Shown in pieces: positions 50,109 through 59,921 of a stretch of 64,000 nt of DNA. Position numbers and translations under genes: made by a program. Under the pieces are notes generated by a model. The model worked only from the letters and a program-made list of their open reading frames with translations, did no database searches and was not told the origin of the DNA. The stretch is from Thermoplasmata archaeon (GTDB lineage Archaea; Thermoplasmatota; Thermoplasmata; RBG-16-68-12; JAFNFQ01): positions 10,596 through 74,595 of the forward strand of contig JBGPQV010000001.1 of NCBI GenBank assembly GCA_041489255.1. Direction: 5' to 3'. Each line of letters starts with the position of its first letter. Position 1 is the stretch's first letter.

Positions 50109-53100
50109 ATGAAACTAGATCGGCATGGAAGAGCGTCGTTCGCCGTTTTGGCGCTCGCAATCCTGCTCCTTGCGAACCTGAGCGTCGTCTACATGCTCCA
50201 GGTGCAGCGGGAAGAAATGGACCTCGCGAATCAGGCGAATGAAGTGCGCATGATGAGAGAGTTCGGTGCATTGGTCCACAGAGAGGTGGAGGTCGCCGCC
50301 CACTACATCGCGATGGCCACGATAAGGAACGCCACGCAAGACCTCAACAACCAAAGCAGGATCAATGAGCTGTTCTCCGATTCATTCGCTAGCTTCGTCG
50401 AGGAATCGTTCCCGCGCGAGGCAAGGGGATTCACGGTCGCCGTAGACGACTACGGGATCATCGTCGTGACCGAGGCAAAGAGCGTGACGGACGTCGTGAG
50501 GACGGGGACTCTGGCAGAAAACAGCGAGGGGGAAGATTCTCCCGAAGCGATAGAGACGGGTGTGCCCGGCGGTCTGGAGGAAGCCCAGCGGATTTCCTAC
50601 TATCATCTGATTGGGCACCTGAACTACACAATCTCGGACGGCACAACGACTCTCCGCACGAGCGAGGATGTTGCCTCGGAGATCGACTCGCCTTTCCCAT
50701 TCGTCAACAGACAACTCCAGCGATTCTCCATTACATCGCAGGGCCCGATGTCGCACTCGGCGCAGGCACTCAGGTACATGCTCACGACCGTTGCGCAGCA
50801 GAGGGTCCTGCTCGGCTACGCTGGCGGCGACTACGGCAGCCCTGGTACCGGGATCACCAACATACTCACCCCGCAGGACGTCGAGATGGCGGTGAATCTC
50901 GTGCTTGTCTTGGAGCAGATCAGGCTCTTCAGATCGGTTGACAGGGATGCTGTCGACAAGTTTGACGAGGCCTACTTCATGGACTACGCTGGCGGCGTCT
51001 CATCTCCGACACTGACCCCGTCCGCAGACAACAGGACACTCCTGAGGCTTCTCGACACTTACTCGGGAAATGGGACGTTGGACCCGGCTGACCTATTTGC
51101 GCTGTTCACCGCGTTGGACCGGGAAGATATCCAGATGAACCGCGTACTCGCTCAAGCCCTCTATGCCATGATTGACCAGTTTTCCCTCAAGTACCTAGAC
51201 TACCTAGACTTCCTGCCTTTAGAGTTCATCGCCAACCTTGGCCTGAGCGTCCTCGAGCTCTTGACCGGTGCGCTCGACCAATTCATCGGCTGGCTGACGA
51301 ATCATCAAAAAGAGGCGGACATGGTCCGCGAGTTCGTGAGTAATCTGTTTGGCGACCTTGGCGTCTCGACGTCCATTCTGGGTCCCGCGAGTCTGTCGCT
51401 CCCCGCTCAGACTTTCACCGTGACTGACGAAGGCGGGCAAGAATACAACATCTCGCTGCCAGCCCAGCTCTACTCTGTCCCGTTCAAGACAAGATACCTT
51501 CTCGAAGGGAACAACGCCATTTGGAGCGAATACTTCAATGAGATCTACAAGGACGACCTCAAGGCAGTCCACGCCGGTGTCAGGGACCTCGCAAGGGACA
51601 TCGCCAACAGCCTCGCCAGCAAGCTCGACATGATCGGCCTGTTCAATCCAGTTCGGATCAACGGGGCCATTGATCCCCGAGATGATGTAGGGATGCTTGA
51701 GTACCTTTACGGCGCAATCAAGGCTTCCGTCTATGAGGCCATGGAGGGGCTCCGAGGGAATCCGAAGTTCTACCAAGGGCTTGTCGCGAACTTGTGGGGA
51801 CATGAGAAGGAGATGATTAGAGGACTCATGGACTATATTGAACTGGAATACGATGCTCTCGCGGACCAAGCATCGAACGTCGAATTCGCCCGCGGGTCGC
51901 TCGTCAACTCGATGATCGGCGTGGCTACATTCGACGGAGTCTATCGCCTCCTCGATGACACTGCGAGGGCACAGCTGGCACAGCACATTACCCAGGCTAT
52001 TGATGAGAACGGTTGGGCGCAGGCCGCATATGAGAAAGCGAAGAGCAATGATGTGCAGAGGTTCGAGTCGCTCTACGACAAGGCGATAAACCTCGACACG
52101 CCGCCGGCGAATGGCGGGTTGTACCAGCGGACGATGGAGATGATATCAGGTGCCACCGGCATCCTCACAGAGGCCGGCGATTTCGTGAATGTGTTCCTGG
52201 AGGGGTTGACGAGAAACGAACACATCTCGAACGATAAGATATTGATACCTGCGTACACGCAACCTTTCGAGTTCCGCAATCCGGGACTGTTCGCGAACCG
52301 CTCCCAAGCGGGTTTGAAGGAGGAAGCCCTCGTCGCCGACCAGAGCCCCGACCTGCTGCCCATAACACGACTCACGAGAGTTGGCGGTGAATTGCAGGGG
52401 GAACCGAATCAAGGCGAGCTTTGGGTGGACATAGTCGACCCCATGGATGTCCCGTTGTCAAAAGATTCGCCGAATGTGCATTACACCCAGGTCGACCGAA
52501 TCTCCGACCGACCGTTCCAGACCCAGTGGACGATCACGATCAAGGGGTCAGTCGGGATGACCGTATCGACCGAGCGCGCGGTCTATCTCGACCCCGAAGG
52601 CCTTGTCCCGGTCGTCGATCAGCTGGCAGTCCCTCTGAACCTGACATTGATTGTGACGACCTTCAGTGGCTGGCCTCTCGACGGCGTGGCCTATGCCAGT
52701 TCGAACACGCTCGGCAGTGACCTCTGGGCCAAGATTCAGAGCTTCTTTGAGGGGGTTTGGGACGCTGTCAGTTCCTCTGTTGGGTGGCTACTCGACGGCG
52801 CAAAATCCCTGCTGGATCAGCTTTCTTCGATAATCGACTACCTGCTCGCCCAAGCCTCGAAAGTCCTCAAAATGGTTTACGACGTCATCGACAAGGTTTT
52901 CGACTTACTACAGAAGGCGCTGCAAGGCGTCATTTCTCATCTTATGGAGGCGCTGGACTACGTCCTGAAATCGCTGCCCAGTTTCGAGTTCAAACTCTCT
53001 GGGTTCGGCCTCACTCTTCGCATCGCCGTTAACTGCGATGAAGCGAACAGGCTGCTGGTCGAAGCTACCCTCGGTTCGTTCAACATCACCGCAAGGTTCG

Positions 53101-54068
53101 TCAATCTCGAAAAAGCGGGGATAACCCCGCGCCAGAAGTGGGCATCGTGGGACATCCTCGCTGACGTCGAGGGTGCGGTAGGCCCGTTCACCCTGAAAGC
53201 CAGAATCGACCCGCTGATGATCGTCAGCGACCGCCTTGTGAGGGCGAGAGCCCGGTGGGGAGAGACATTCGAACTGGACCTCGTCATGCCGGAGGTGGAA
53301 ACCTATCACGCGTATGGCTTCAGTGTGGCGATACCGATCCCGGTGCCGCCGATCGGGGAAGTGGAAATCGAGCTGGGTTTCCGCGTCAGGGCATCTGAAC
53401 AATTCGAAGCGATTGACATCCCTGGCATTATGGCACACAGCATCCAAGAAGGGATAGAGCAGTGCGGTGGTATTCCGACATCCCTCGATCTGCTGGGGGA
53501 ATGCATCGAACAAGTCGTGAGGCATTTCGTGGATGACCTGTTGGCGGCTGTCGAAGATAGATTGACTAAGATAATCGATGTGACTCTCTATGTTCAGGGG
53601 GCCTTGATGTTTGAGGGAGTGGCGGGGGTGGGGGCTAGATTATCGCTCACCGTCGAGGGGGAAGGATTGTTGGAGCTTTTCGCGTTCATCGCGGACAACA
53701 TCAGAGGGCTCCTCGATTGCATCTTCGATGGTGTGTGCCTGATACACATGGAGAACGCCCCCAAGAAAATCGGGGAGCATATCTTCATCACCTTGGGGAT
53801 TTTCATGAATGTCCAGGCGCCGACATTCATCCCGCTTGCCTTACCCGTCGGCGGGAGCGCGGAAGTCGCTGTCACATTCGGCATAGGGGCCAACTTGGCT
53901 CTGCTAGGGAGAATAGTCGGACGCGACTTGGGCGCATGGGAGATTGATTTCGGCATGGTGATTGAGGATCTCCCTGCTTCAATGGCGCCCGAGCTCTTCG
54001 GGGCCGGCGTCGAACGGGGCGACCTGTGGATATTCAAGGGGACGGTGACGGCTCCGCGGCCCCCTTGA
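50109..54068 (+). CDS. Giant membrane-anchored hypothetical protein (about 1320 aa)
   Basis: N-terminal basic stretch plus hydrophobic segment (KLDRHGRASFAVLALAILLLANLSV). The rest is acidic and carries several N-x-S/T sequons. No recognisable catalytic motif. GTG 50103 is an alternative start. Confidence 0.8.
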   Translation: MKLDRHGRASFAVLALAILLLANLSVVYMLQVQREEMDLANQANEVRMMREFGALVHREVEVAAHYIAMATIRNATQDLNNQSRINELFSDSFASFVEESFPREARGFTVAVDDYGIIVVTEAKSVTDVVRTGTLAENSEGEDSPEAIETGVPGGLEEAQRISYYHLIGHLNYTISDGTTTLRTSEDVASEIDSPFPFVNRQLQRFSITSQGPMSHSAQALRYMLTTVAQQRVLLGYAGGDYGSPGTGITNILTPQDVEMAVNLVLVLEQIRLFRSVDRDAVDKFDEAYFMDYAGGVSSPTLTPSADNRTLLRLLDTYSGNGTLDPADLFALFTALDREDIQMNRVLAQALYAMIDQFSLKYLDYLDFLPLEFIANLGLSVLELLTGALDQFIGWLTNHQKEADMVREFVSNLFGDLGVSTSILGPASLSLPAQTFTVTDEGGQEYNISLPAQLYSVPFKTRYLLEGNNAIWSEYFNEIYKDDLKAVHAGVRDLARDIANSLASKLDMIGLFNPVRINGAIDPRDDVGMLEYLYGAIKASVYEAMEGLRGNPKFYQGLVANLWGHEKEMIRGLMDYIELEYDALADQASNVEFARGSLVNSMIGVATFDGVYRLLDDTARAQLAQHITQAIDENGWAQAAYEKAKSNDVQRFESLYDKAINLDTPPANGGLYQRTMEMISGATGILTEAGDFVNVFLEGLTRNEHISNDKILIPAYTQPFEFRNPGLFANRSQAGLKEEALVADQSPDLLPITRLTRVGGELQGEPNQGELWVDIVDPMDVPLSKDSPNVHYTQVDRISDRPFQTQWTITIKGSVGMTVSTERAVYLDPEGLVPVVDQLAVPLNLTLIVTTFSGWPLDGVAYASSNTLGSDLWAKIQSFFEGVWDAVSSSVGWLLDGAKSLLDQLSSIIDYLLAQASKVLKMVYDVIDKVFDLLQKALQGVISHLMEALDYVLKSLPSFEFKLSGFGLTLRIAVNCDEANRLLVEATLGSFNITARFVNLEKAGITPRQKWASWDILADVEGAVGPFTLKARIDPLMIVSDRLVRARARWGETFELDLVMPEVETYHAYGFSVAIPIPVPPIGEVEIELGFRVRASEQFEAIDIPGIMAHSIQEGIEQCGGIPTSLDLLGECIEQVVRHFVDDLLAAVEDRLTKIIDVTLYVQGALMFEGVAGVGARLSLTVEGEGLLELFAFIADNIRGLLDCIFDGVCLIHMENAPKKIGEHIFITLGIFMNVQAPTFIPLALPVGGSAEVAVTFGIGANLALLGRIVGRDLGAWEIDFGMVIEDLPASMAPELFGAGVERGDLWIFKGTVTAPRPP

Positions 54069-54117
54069 GCTCGTCATTGACTCTCCTTGGCGGGTAGACT
54101 TAAATAACTCGAGATTC

Positions 54118-55467
54118 GTGCGACGGGTCGTGCCCACGCTGGCCTTGGACTTCCTGAACGACCTCAGCATGTTCGCAGTCGATTGGCTGCCGGTGATAAT
54201 CGCAGTCGCATTCCTCATGGCTCTGATGATGTGGTTCCTCGCATGGGCATCGAGGTACTTCGAGTACCTGAAGATGCTGGAGAGTCCCGTATTCGACAAG
54301 GAGACTCTTGATTTCATTCACAAGGTCCTTCAAGCGATCTGGGTCAGCTGCCTGGCGCTCCTGATTTTTGTCGTCCTCTCATTCCGCGTCGTCGAGATCA
54401 AGACCGCCCTCTCCGTCTTCTTCGGTCGGATGCCCGCCCTTTTCTTCGTCATCTTCGTGATTTTCATCGCGGCAATAATAGTCAGGGCCCTCCACAGGTT
54501 CGCATCGTACCTCAGGGGCGACTTGAAACTGAAGCCCCGTAGGATCGCGCCGCCAAGGGCTCTCGCATTCACCGAGATGGTCTTGAAATACCTCATCTAC
54601 ACCATCGCCGGCGTGGTTGCCTTTATAGGGGGCATCGGTTCGCTTCCTTCCGAGGACCAGCCGTACAAGGACCTTGTGTTCTCCTACATAAAGGTCCCAG
54701 AACCCGCTGTCGTCCTAGGATTCGTCGTCGCGCTCCTCGGGATATTCGTGGCATCTCGCTTCGTGGACTCGCTGTTCGAGGACATGAAGAAGCGCAGCAC
54801 GAAGTTCACGCCGAGGGTCATAGAGGAGCTGAAGTCCACCGCCAGATACGCCGTCTACATCATCGGCGCGGTAATCATTTTCATCCTGGCGGTGAGTCTG
54901 CTCCTGCAGGGCGAGCAGCTGCTCGTTTTCGTCGTGGCGGTGATTTTCATCAGCCTAGTGGCCGCCCTCACCGGATTCGAGGCCATGAAGAACGGTCTGG
55001 CGGGAGTGACCCTAATGCTCGCAAACCCCTTCGACGCGGGTGATCGCATCAGGATGGGGAACGGCGAGGAGTCCAAGGTCGAGTCCATGGGGCTGATGAT
55101 GACTCAGATCAGGACGCTTGGCGGCGAGTTGATCAGCATCCCGAACACCGAGATGCTGAAGAAGGAAATCCTCAACCTCACGAGGTCCGCGAGCGGGGTC
55201 ATTATCATCAAAGTGTCGATGGATTTCTCGGCACCCTACCACAAGGTCCAAGCGGCCCTTCTCGATGCGGCTCAGAAGACGGCCGGCGTCGAGCAGAAGC
55301 CGATCCCGCAAATCCTGAACAAGGATGTCCGCGGCCATACCATGATCTACCAATTGACGGCCTATACGAAGGACGTGCTGCGGACTGAGGAGATCAAGAG
55401 CGAGCTCATCGCGAATATCCAGGAAGTATTCTACCGGGAAGGTATCAACCCCGTCAGCTCAGAATGA
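54118..55467 (+). CDS. mscS: Mechanosensitive ion channel (MscS family)
   Basis: N-terminal TM helices, pore helix plus beta-domain signature (NPFDAGDRIRMGN...GLMMTQIRTLGGELISIPN). Confidence 0.88.
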   Translation: MRRVVPTLALDFLNDLSMFAVDWLPVIIAVAFLMALMMWFLAWASRYFEYLKMLESPVFDKETLDFIHKVLQAIWVSCLALLIFVVLSFRVVEIKTALSVFFGRMPALFFVIFVIFIAAIIVRALHRFASYLRGDLKLKPRRIAPPRALAFTEMVLKYLIYTIAGVVAFIGGIGSLPSEDQPYKDLVFSYIKVPEPAVVLGFVVALLGIFVASRFVDSLFEDMKKRSTKFTPRVIEELKSTARYAVYIIGAVIIFILAVSLLLQGEQLLVFVVAVIFISLVAALTGFEAMKNGLAGVTLMLANPFDAGDRIRMGNGEESKVESMGLMMTQIRTLGGELISIPNTEMLKKEILNLTRSASGVIIIKVSMDFSAPYHKVQAALLDAAQKTAGVEQKPIPQILNKDVRGHTMIYQLTAYTKDVLRTEEIKSELIANIQEVFYREGINPVSSE

Positions 55468-57801
55468 CAGTTCTCTCACACCCTTCCTGAAGAGTATCAC
55501 AGGCTTGTCGAGAACCTTGGCAAGTCTCTCCTCCAGAGGTGAGAGCATCAACCTGCGCGTTCCTTTGGGCGTCGGCGAACTCATCATGACCAAGTCGCAG
55601 TCGGCGCTCTCTCGTCTCACCTCCGCCTCCAGCTCCTTCGCGACCACGGTCTTCTGTTCGACCCGTATGCCCGCCGCTCGGCACATCTCGGTGAACGGTC
55701 GCACGGCCTTGACTGATTGCTCGATCTCCTGCTCCTGACCCGCAACGATCAAGAGTTTGATCTCAGCTCGCGCGTTCTTCGCGACTGTCAGAATTATATC
55801 AGAGATTCCTTCGAGAGTGAATGAAGGACCTGCCAACGCCATGACCCTCTCCAGCTTCTCCCCGAAACCAGTCGTCTTGAACACAACGACATCGCAGGGA
55901 GCCGTCTCAATCAGGTAGTCGATGTTGCTGCCCAAGATTCGCCCCTGGGTCCCCCGCCCACCCCGCCACCCGAGCACGAGCAGGTTGACATCCTCCTCCG
56001 AGAGAGTGTCCACAATTATCTCGTAGACCTTATGACCGATTTTCACCGAGGCCCTCGCATCGACGCCCTCTTTCCCCGCCATTTTCGTGAGCCGTTGCAG
56101 TTCCTTGATCCTGTCATTGACGAAGGAGAACTTGATTGCCTTCGGCGGGAGGTTGCGGGGAATCTCGACAACGTTGAGAAGGCTCAATTCACCCCCACGA
56201 TTCTTGGCGATCTGGGCGCCAAATCTCACGAGGTTGAGGTCAGTGAACTCCTTCAGCGGCAGGAAGACACGGTAGCGCTGCAGGTCTATCTCTTTCCTCT
56301 CGGTCGCGAGGATGTCTGAAAGGTCGGCCTTTCTGGCGCCCTCGGCCGTGCCGACGAGCTGCTTTCCACCAGCGAAGAAGTGATAGAACATCCCCGCCGT
56401 GATCCACATGATAACCACATACCAGGCAATCCTCCCGGGGGCCAGCATCTCTGACCCGAACGCGGGGAAAGCCCAGAGAGACCCCGCCAACGCAAGGTTG
56501 GCGACTATCCCGATGGCGGGAAGAAGGGGGACGAGCGGCACCCTGAAGCCACGCGGCGCTTCCCTGTCCCGGCGATGGATGGCTACCAGAGCCGCATCGA
56601 CCAGAGCGAAGAGTATCAAATAGAGGATGCTCGCAACCATTGCCATCTGAGGTATGTCCAGCAGTAAAACGAACATGGAAGCGAGGAGGCCGCTTGCCAG
56701 CACCGGGGGGTTCGGCATTCTCCCGCCACGCTGCCCTTCACCGAGCCGCTTGAACAGCACTCCGTCCTTTGCCATCACGAAAGACAATCTCGCCGCGGAA
56801 GACAGGTTATTGCCCACGGCCGTGACCATTGCCACAACTCCCGCGACCAGCAGCAGAACAGCGCCGCCCGGACCGAGATTCTTGAGCGCAAGAGAGGCGA
56901 AGCTGAGCTCTGCACGAGGGCCTGTGAGTGTGCAGGCGGCCAAGCTGCCAGAACAGCCGTATCTCGCCAATGATAGAAGGGAGGCCTCTAACAACACGTA
57001 GAGGAGCACGACCAGCCCCACGGAGATGAGAATGCCCCGGGGGATCGTTTTGTGCGGCTGTTTTACCTCCGTCGCAGAGAGAGCGATTATTTCGTAGCCT
57101 TCGTAGGCGACGAAAATAAAGGCTATTGCCAGAGGAATCCCAGCCCATCCGCTCGTTCCCAAGAAGTTCATTTCCGCGCCAACGGATGGCACGGATGGCG
57201 GGTTGACGAACGCAACAACAAACGCCACAGTCAGGAACGCCAGCACCAGAACCGTCTTGACTATCAGCCCCCATGGCAGGCGTCGTGCCCTGATCCTGCC
57301 GCGAATGCCGCTTGAGGATATGAAGGCCAGAATCACCAAGAACGCTCCCACCTTGAGGGCTGCCACGTACGTCGGATCGGAGAGGAACGATGCCATTCTG
57401 ATTGCTCCCGCCCAATCCAAGAGTGCGGCCACCCCGTACAGCACAAACGCCGACAAGCTCATGGCGGAGAGGGCAAGCGCGGCCGAGTGTCCAGCCCAAG
57501 CCGTCCAGCCGGCAAGAAAACCCGAGGGCGGGGGAAGACCTTCCTTGACCCATGTATAGCCACCGCCAGCCCTCGGATACTTGGATGCCAACTCTGCATA
57601 CGAGACCGCAGTCAGCAGAACCACAAGCCCGGCAGCAGCAAGAGCCAAGAGGGTCGACAGGCCAGCGACTTGGGTCGCGGGGGCGAGTAATACGAATATC
57701 CCGGCCCCTACCATGGCACCTACCCCAAGGCCAACGACGTCGGCGAGGCCAAGATCCCTAGAGACCTCTACCCGCACTCCGTCTCTCGGTTCTCCAGCCA
57801 T
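55459..57801 (-). CDS. APC-family amino acid permease fused to tandem universal stress protein domains
   Basis: About 12 TM helices starting GVGAMVGAGIFVL. The C-terminal 300 aa hold two Usp-like alpha/beta domains. Start placed at MAGEPRDG from TATA geometry. Confidence 0.85.
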   Translation of the reverse strand: MAGEPRDGVRVEVSRDLGLADVVGLGVGAMVGAGIFVLLAPATQVAGLSTLLALAAAGLVVLLTAVSYAELASKYPRAGGGYTWVKEGLPPPSGFLAGWTAWAGHSAALALSAMSLSAFVLYGVAALLDWAGAIRMASFLSDPTYVAALKVGAFLVILAFISSSGIRGRIRARRLPWGLIVKTVLVLAFLTVAFVVAFVNPPSVPSVGAEMNFLGTSGWAGIPLAIAFIFVAYEGYEIIALSATEVKQPHKTIPRGILISVGLVVLLYVLLEASLLSLARYGCSGSLAACTLTGPRAELSFASLALKNLGPGGAVLLLVAGVVAMVTAVGNNLSSAARLSFVMAKDGVLFKRLGEGQRGGRMPNPPVLASGLLASMFVLLLDIPQMAMVASILYLILFALVDAALVAIHRRDREAPRGFRVPLVPLLPAIGIVANLALAGSLWAFPAFGSEMLAPGRIAWYVVIMWITAGMFYHFFAGGKQLVGTAEGARKADLSDILATERKEIDLQRYRVFLPLKEFTDLNLVRFGAQIAKNRGGELSLLNVVEIPRNLPPKAIKFSFVNDRIKELQRLTKMAGKEGVDARASVKIGHKVYEIIVDTLSEEDVNLLVLGWRGGRGTQGRILGSNIDYLIETAPCDVVVFKTTGFGEKLERVMALAGPSFTLEGISDIILTVAKNARAEIKLLIVAGQEQEIEQSVKAVRPFTEMCRAAGIRVEQKTVVAKELEAEVRRESADCDLVMMSSPTPKGTRRLMLSPLEERLAKVLDKPVILFRKGVRELSF

Positions 57802-57903
57802 ATTGCCGCACTGACACTTCACCGCCAATTAAAGGCTTGCGGGTGTCGATGAGGCTGTTGCCAGAGTTGAGAACACCCCGGCAATCTGATGGAGAAAAGA
57901 CAT

Positions 57904-57916
57904 GGTTTATATGCGG
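57904..57916 (+). promoter_or_regulatory. BRE/TATA-like element upstream of thioredoxin
   Basis: GGTTTATATGCGG about 38 nt upstream of ATG 57948. Confidence 0.4.
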
Positions 57917-57947
57917 TCGGGGCATCTACCGCATAATAGGTGAATAG

Positions 57948-58274
57948 ATGGCATCCGATGCCATAGTTGAGGTCACCGACGCCAACTTCGACAAGGTCAT
58001 CAAGGAGAATCCGGTGGTCGTGGTTGACTTCTGGGCGGTGTGGTGCATGCCCTGCAAAGTGATCGCGCCCTACATCGAGGACCTGGCCAAGAGATACGCG
58101 GGCAAAGCCGTGTTCGCCAAGCTGGACGCGGACCCGAATCCCGTGAAGATGCGGGAGTACGGGGTCATGGGCGTGCCGACTCTCCTCTTCTTCAAGAACG
58201 GCAAGCTCGTGGACAACATAGTCGGAGCGGTCCCGAAGGCGCAGATCGAATCGAAGCTGAAGAAATATCTCTAG
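57948..58274 (+). CDS. trxA: Thioredoxin (active site WCMPC)
   Basis: 108 aa with VVDFWAVWCMPCK and the GVPTLLFFKNG cis-Pro loop. Confidence 0.9.
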   Translation: MASDAIVEVTDANFDKVIKENPVVVVDFWAVWCMPCKVIAPYIEDLAKRYAGKAVFAKLDADPNPVKMREYGVMGVPTLLFFKNGKLVDNIVGAVPKAQIESKLKKYL

Positions 58275-58433
58275 TAACCAGCCCGCAAGAGTTATAACCG
58301 AGGTTGACAATGAAATCACCCCGGGGAATCAGAACTGGCAGAGAAGGACAAGAGAGTCACCTGTCCCGAATGCGGGGCGTTCGTCAAGTCCATCAACCTG
58401 GAGTCTCACCTCAAGGAAGTCCACAAGACGAAG

Positions 58434-59054
58434 ATGAAGAAGCAAGACAAGGCTGGTGCTGCGGGCGAGAAGCCCGGATCCAAGAAACCCAAGGCTTCGG
58501 TCGTCGCATTCCCATGGAAGTGGGTCGGCGTGGGGGCCGTCGCCCTCATCATCATACTCTCCGTGATAGTAATCAGGCCATTGCTCCCAGGAGGCGGCTC
58601 AACGAACCCCAACGTACCCGAAGAATGCATAGAGGGCAAGACTCTCAAGATTGATTTCGACGTGAGCCTCCATATATTCATCACCGACGACCACCGGAAC
58701 AACTACACCCAACTCATACCCAACGGCATCGGAACCGACCCGATAGATGGCCAATCGTGCACGAGACGGCTGCATACCGGATATGACTACAATACGAGCT
58801 ACCAGGCTGCGAGGATCCATGTCCAATCGCCAAACGAGAGGGACTTCACGCTGGGAGACTTCTTCGTCATATGGAACAACCAGACGCTCGGACCGGATAA
58901 AGTCCTCAGCTTCTGGCTATCCTCCGGGTGGAGGATAGTTTTCAAAGTCAACGGGGCCGTCCTGGATGACACGGACACCAACCCGGGATACCACTACGAG
59001 ACCTTCAGACTTATCGCGGATCAAGATATCGTGTTCTATGTCTCCCATCCGTGA
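58434..59054 (+). CDS. Membrane-anchored protein with extracytoplasmic domain (conservative coordinates; probably extends 5' to ATG 58310 through a frameshift)
   Basis: Lys-rich segment, one TM helix (WVGVGAVALIIILSVIVI), then a domain of about 150 aa. The same frame upstream encodes CPEC..11 aa..H.4 aa.H but has no start codon. Confidence 0.7.
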   Translation: MKKQDKAGAAGEKPGSKKPKASVVAFPWKWVGVGAVALIIILSVIVIRPLLPGGGSTNPNVPEECIEGKTLKIDFDVSLHIFITDDHRNNYTQLIPNGIGTDPIDGQSCTRRLHTGYDYNTSYQAARIHVQSPNERDFTLGDFFVIWNNQTLGPDKVLSFWLSSGWRIVFKVNGAVLDDTDTNPGYHYETFRLIADQDIVFYVSHP

Positions 59055-59190
59055 TTGAAGTGAAGTTTCTCGGTTATCCAGCTTGAGAATCAGTGAAAAT
59101 AACCAGCTCTGGCCCCTTTAATACACCCCCCGTCCAATAAAGAGTCAAGAGGAGGTGTAAGAACTGGATCCTCTAGAAGCATCGCGAATC

Positions 59191-59508
59191 GTGACTGATG
59201 AGTACTCGGCAAAGATACTCGTCGCCACCTTCAAGAGACCCCGGTCCGCGATCGAACTCAGCAGGGAATACGGGATACCGATCGCCGCCTGTTATAGGCG
59301 CATACACGCGCTGGAGAACGCCGGCCTCATCAGGTGTGTCGAGAGGGCCTTGACGCAGAAGGGCAAGAGGATAAGCCTTTACCTGTCGCAGCTGAGGAAC
59401 GCTTACATCTTCTTCGAGAACGGACGGCTCAGAGTCCGCTTCCAGTTGAGCAACGGATTGATCAGGGATTTCGGAGGCGACTGGAAGGCCGTGGATGTGA
59501 TGCAGTGA
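59191..59508 (+). CDS. ArsR/TrmB-like winged-HTH transcriptional regulator
   Basis: 105 aa, SAIELSREYGIPIAACYRRIHALENAGLI. GTG start. Confidence 0.75.
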   Translation: MTDEYSAKILVATFKRPRSAIELSREYGIPIAACYRRIHALENAGLIRCVERALTQKGKRISLYLSQLRNAYIFFENGRLRVRFQLSNGLIRDFGGDWKAVDVMQ

Positions 59509-59541
59509 TTTCGCGCTTAAACCCCTCCTCCACAACCCATG

Positions 59542-59577
59542 GGCAGGCCCGAGCAAGGCTCGGCCTGCCTCTTTATT
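59542..59577 (+). terminator. Hairpin (12 bp, 1-nt bulge) followed by a T-rich tract
   Basis: GGCAGGCCCGAGC-AAG-GCTCGGCCTGCC then TCTTTATT, 34 nt after the regulator stop. Confidence 0.45.
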
Positions 59578-59602
59578 GCCTATGACCCCTCCTCAACCCC
59601 AT

Positions 59603-59637
59603 GGGTTCACCTAACCGGTGAACCCAAACTATTTTTT
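59603..59637 (+). terminator. Perfect 9-bp hairpin followed by T6
   Basis: GGGTTCACC-TAACC-GGTGAACCC, then AAACTA and TTTTTT. Confidence 0.5.
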
Positions 59638-59665
59638 CTAATAGAAGTAACGTATTGGGTGCACC

Positions 59666-59881
59666 ATGGACCGCGAACGGCTCAAGTACCTGATGCGCGA
59701 GGTTCTTGGAGTCGACGTCGACGGGGTCGTCGGCCGGATAATGGCTGACCTCTCGATCAAGCAGGCGAAGAGGACGGCCGAGTACACCAAGGAATGGAAG
59801 AGATACATGAAGAAGGAGGGTGGCCTCGTGGTGATGCCGAGGAACGTCACCGAGGTCGGCCGCAAGCGGAGACGGGCCTAG
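59666..59881 (+). CDS. Small basic hypothetical protein
   Basis: 71-aa ORF with good codon bias and a KRRRA tail. No family recognised. Confidence 0.45.
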   Translation: MDRERLKYLMREVLGVDVDGVVGRIMADLSIKQAKRTAEYTKEWKRYMKKEGGLVVMPRNVTEVGRKRRRA

Positions 59882-59921
59882 CTCGCTACATTTATCTCCC
59901 GCCATCCCCTTCCCGCGCACA

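Noticed and set aside
58304-58654. 116-aa ORF (MTMKSPRGIRTGREGQ...) as a real gene
   Set aside because: Its third-position bias is poor and its translation is Arg/Gly/Gln-rich. The overlapping frame has strong coding bias and a zinc-finger motif. Only its ATG is likely to be real, joined to the other frame by a 1-nt homopolymer indel.
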